DNA of 64,000 nucleotides, from contig OX638156.1 in assembly GCA_951804945.1 (NCBI GenBank), positions 25,420,001 to 25,484,000 of the forward strand. The letters are read 5' to 3'. Shown piece by piece: positions 63,533 through 64,000 of this stretch. A model generated the notes under the pieces. The model was not told the DNA's origin. It did no database searches and saw nothing but the letters and a program-made list of their open reading frames with translations. Position 1 is the first letter of the stretch. Every line of letters starts with the position of its first letter. The DNA comes from Podarcis cretensis. Taxonomy: Eukaryota. The position numbers and the translations under genes were made by a program.

Positions 63533-64000
63533 TAAGGTGCTACTGGACAAGTTTTTAATTTTTTTTATTTATTTCTACTGCATCAGACCAACACAGCTAC
63601 CTACCTGAAACATATCTTTTAAGTTCGTCTTGTGTGTATTTTTAAAACCTAACCCCTGAAGGAACACCAAATTGCTCAACTCCGATCTGAAGAAGGAACT
63701 CGTAAGAAGAAGGAGCCTTTGAATGAGGAACAGTTCCTACCAAATCTTTGTTTTGAATGAAAGCATATATCCAGGGCAGAATCCTGGCAAGTAAAGGCCA
63801 GGGCAAGAGCTTAACGATTTGGGATTGTCCCTTATGTACACCTTATTTCCGCCTTACTTCAAACTACTACAGTACCACAATGTGAAGCAATTCTGCTACA
63901 TCTGTTCGGTGGAGAAAAGTGAGATACAACATCTCGAAACCCTTATTTCCGAAGAGTTGTGATGGCACATTAAAGAAGTGCATTCCCTTAAAACAAAAGG

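Overview
This is vertebrate genomic DNA from a squamate, most likely a lacertid lizard, judged from Podarcis-type Sauria SINEs with (ACCTTT)n tails, a BovB/RTE LINE and lizard-type L2 3' ends. It holds the 5' ~58 kb of EPB41 (protein 4.1R) on the minus strand: a CpG-island promoter and probable non-coding first exon (~58.4-58.7 kb), a ~28-kb first intron, the AUG1 exon, the AUG2/FERM exons, the FERM-adjacent exon, and the equivalents of mammalian exons 13-16. Exon 17 onward lies beyond position 1. All coding-exon boundaries were read from the sequence and give continuous GT-AG splicing phases. The most unusual signal is three related, frame-preserving (phase 1-1) candidate cassette exons (117, 117 and 126 nt) in the intron after the FERM-adjacent exon. 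They encode PEVK-rich repeats that are absent from the human 4.1R sequence as I recall it, and a candidate RBFOX-motif poison exon follows them. The introns also carry a full-length BovB inactivated by one nonsense change, young Sauria SINEs with perfect target-site duplications (one inverted pair brackets exon 2 through repeat exon B), many hAT and Tc1/mariner MITEs, and an unexplained promoter-like 222-bp insertion. Exon numbers follow mammalian EPB41 nomenclature from memory; no database searches were run.
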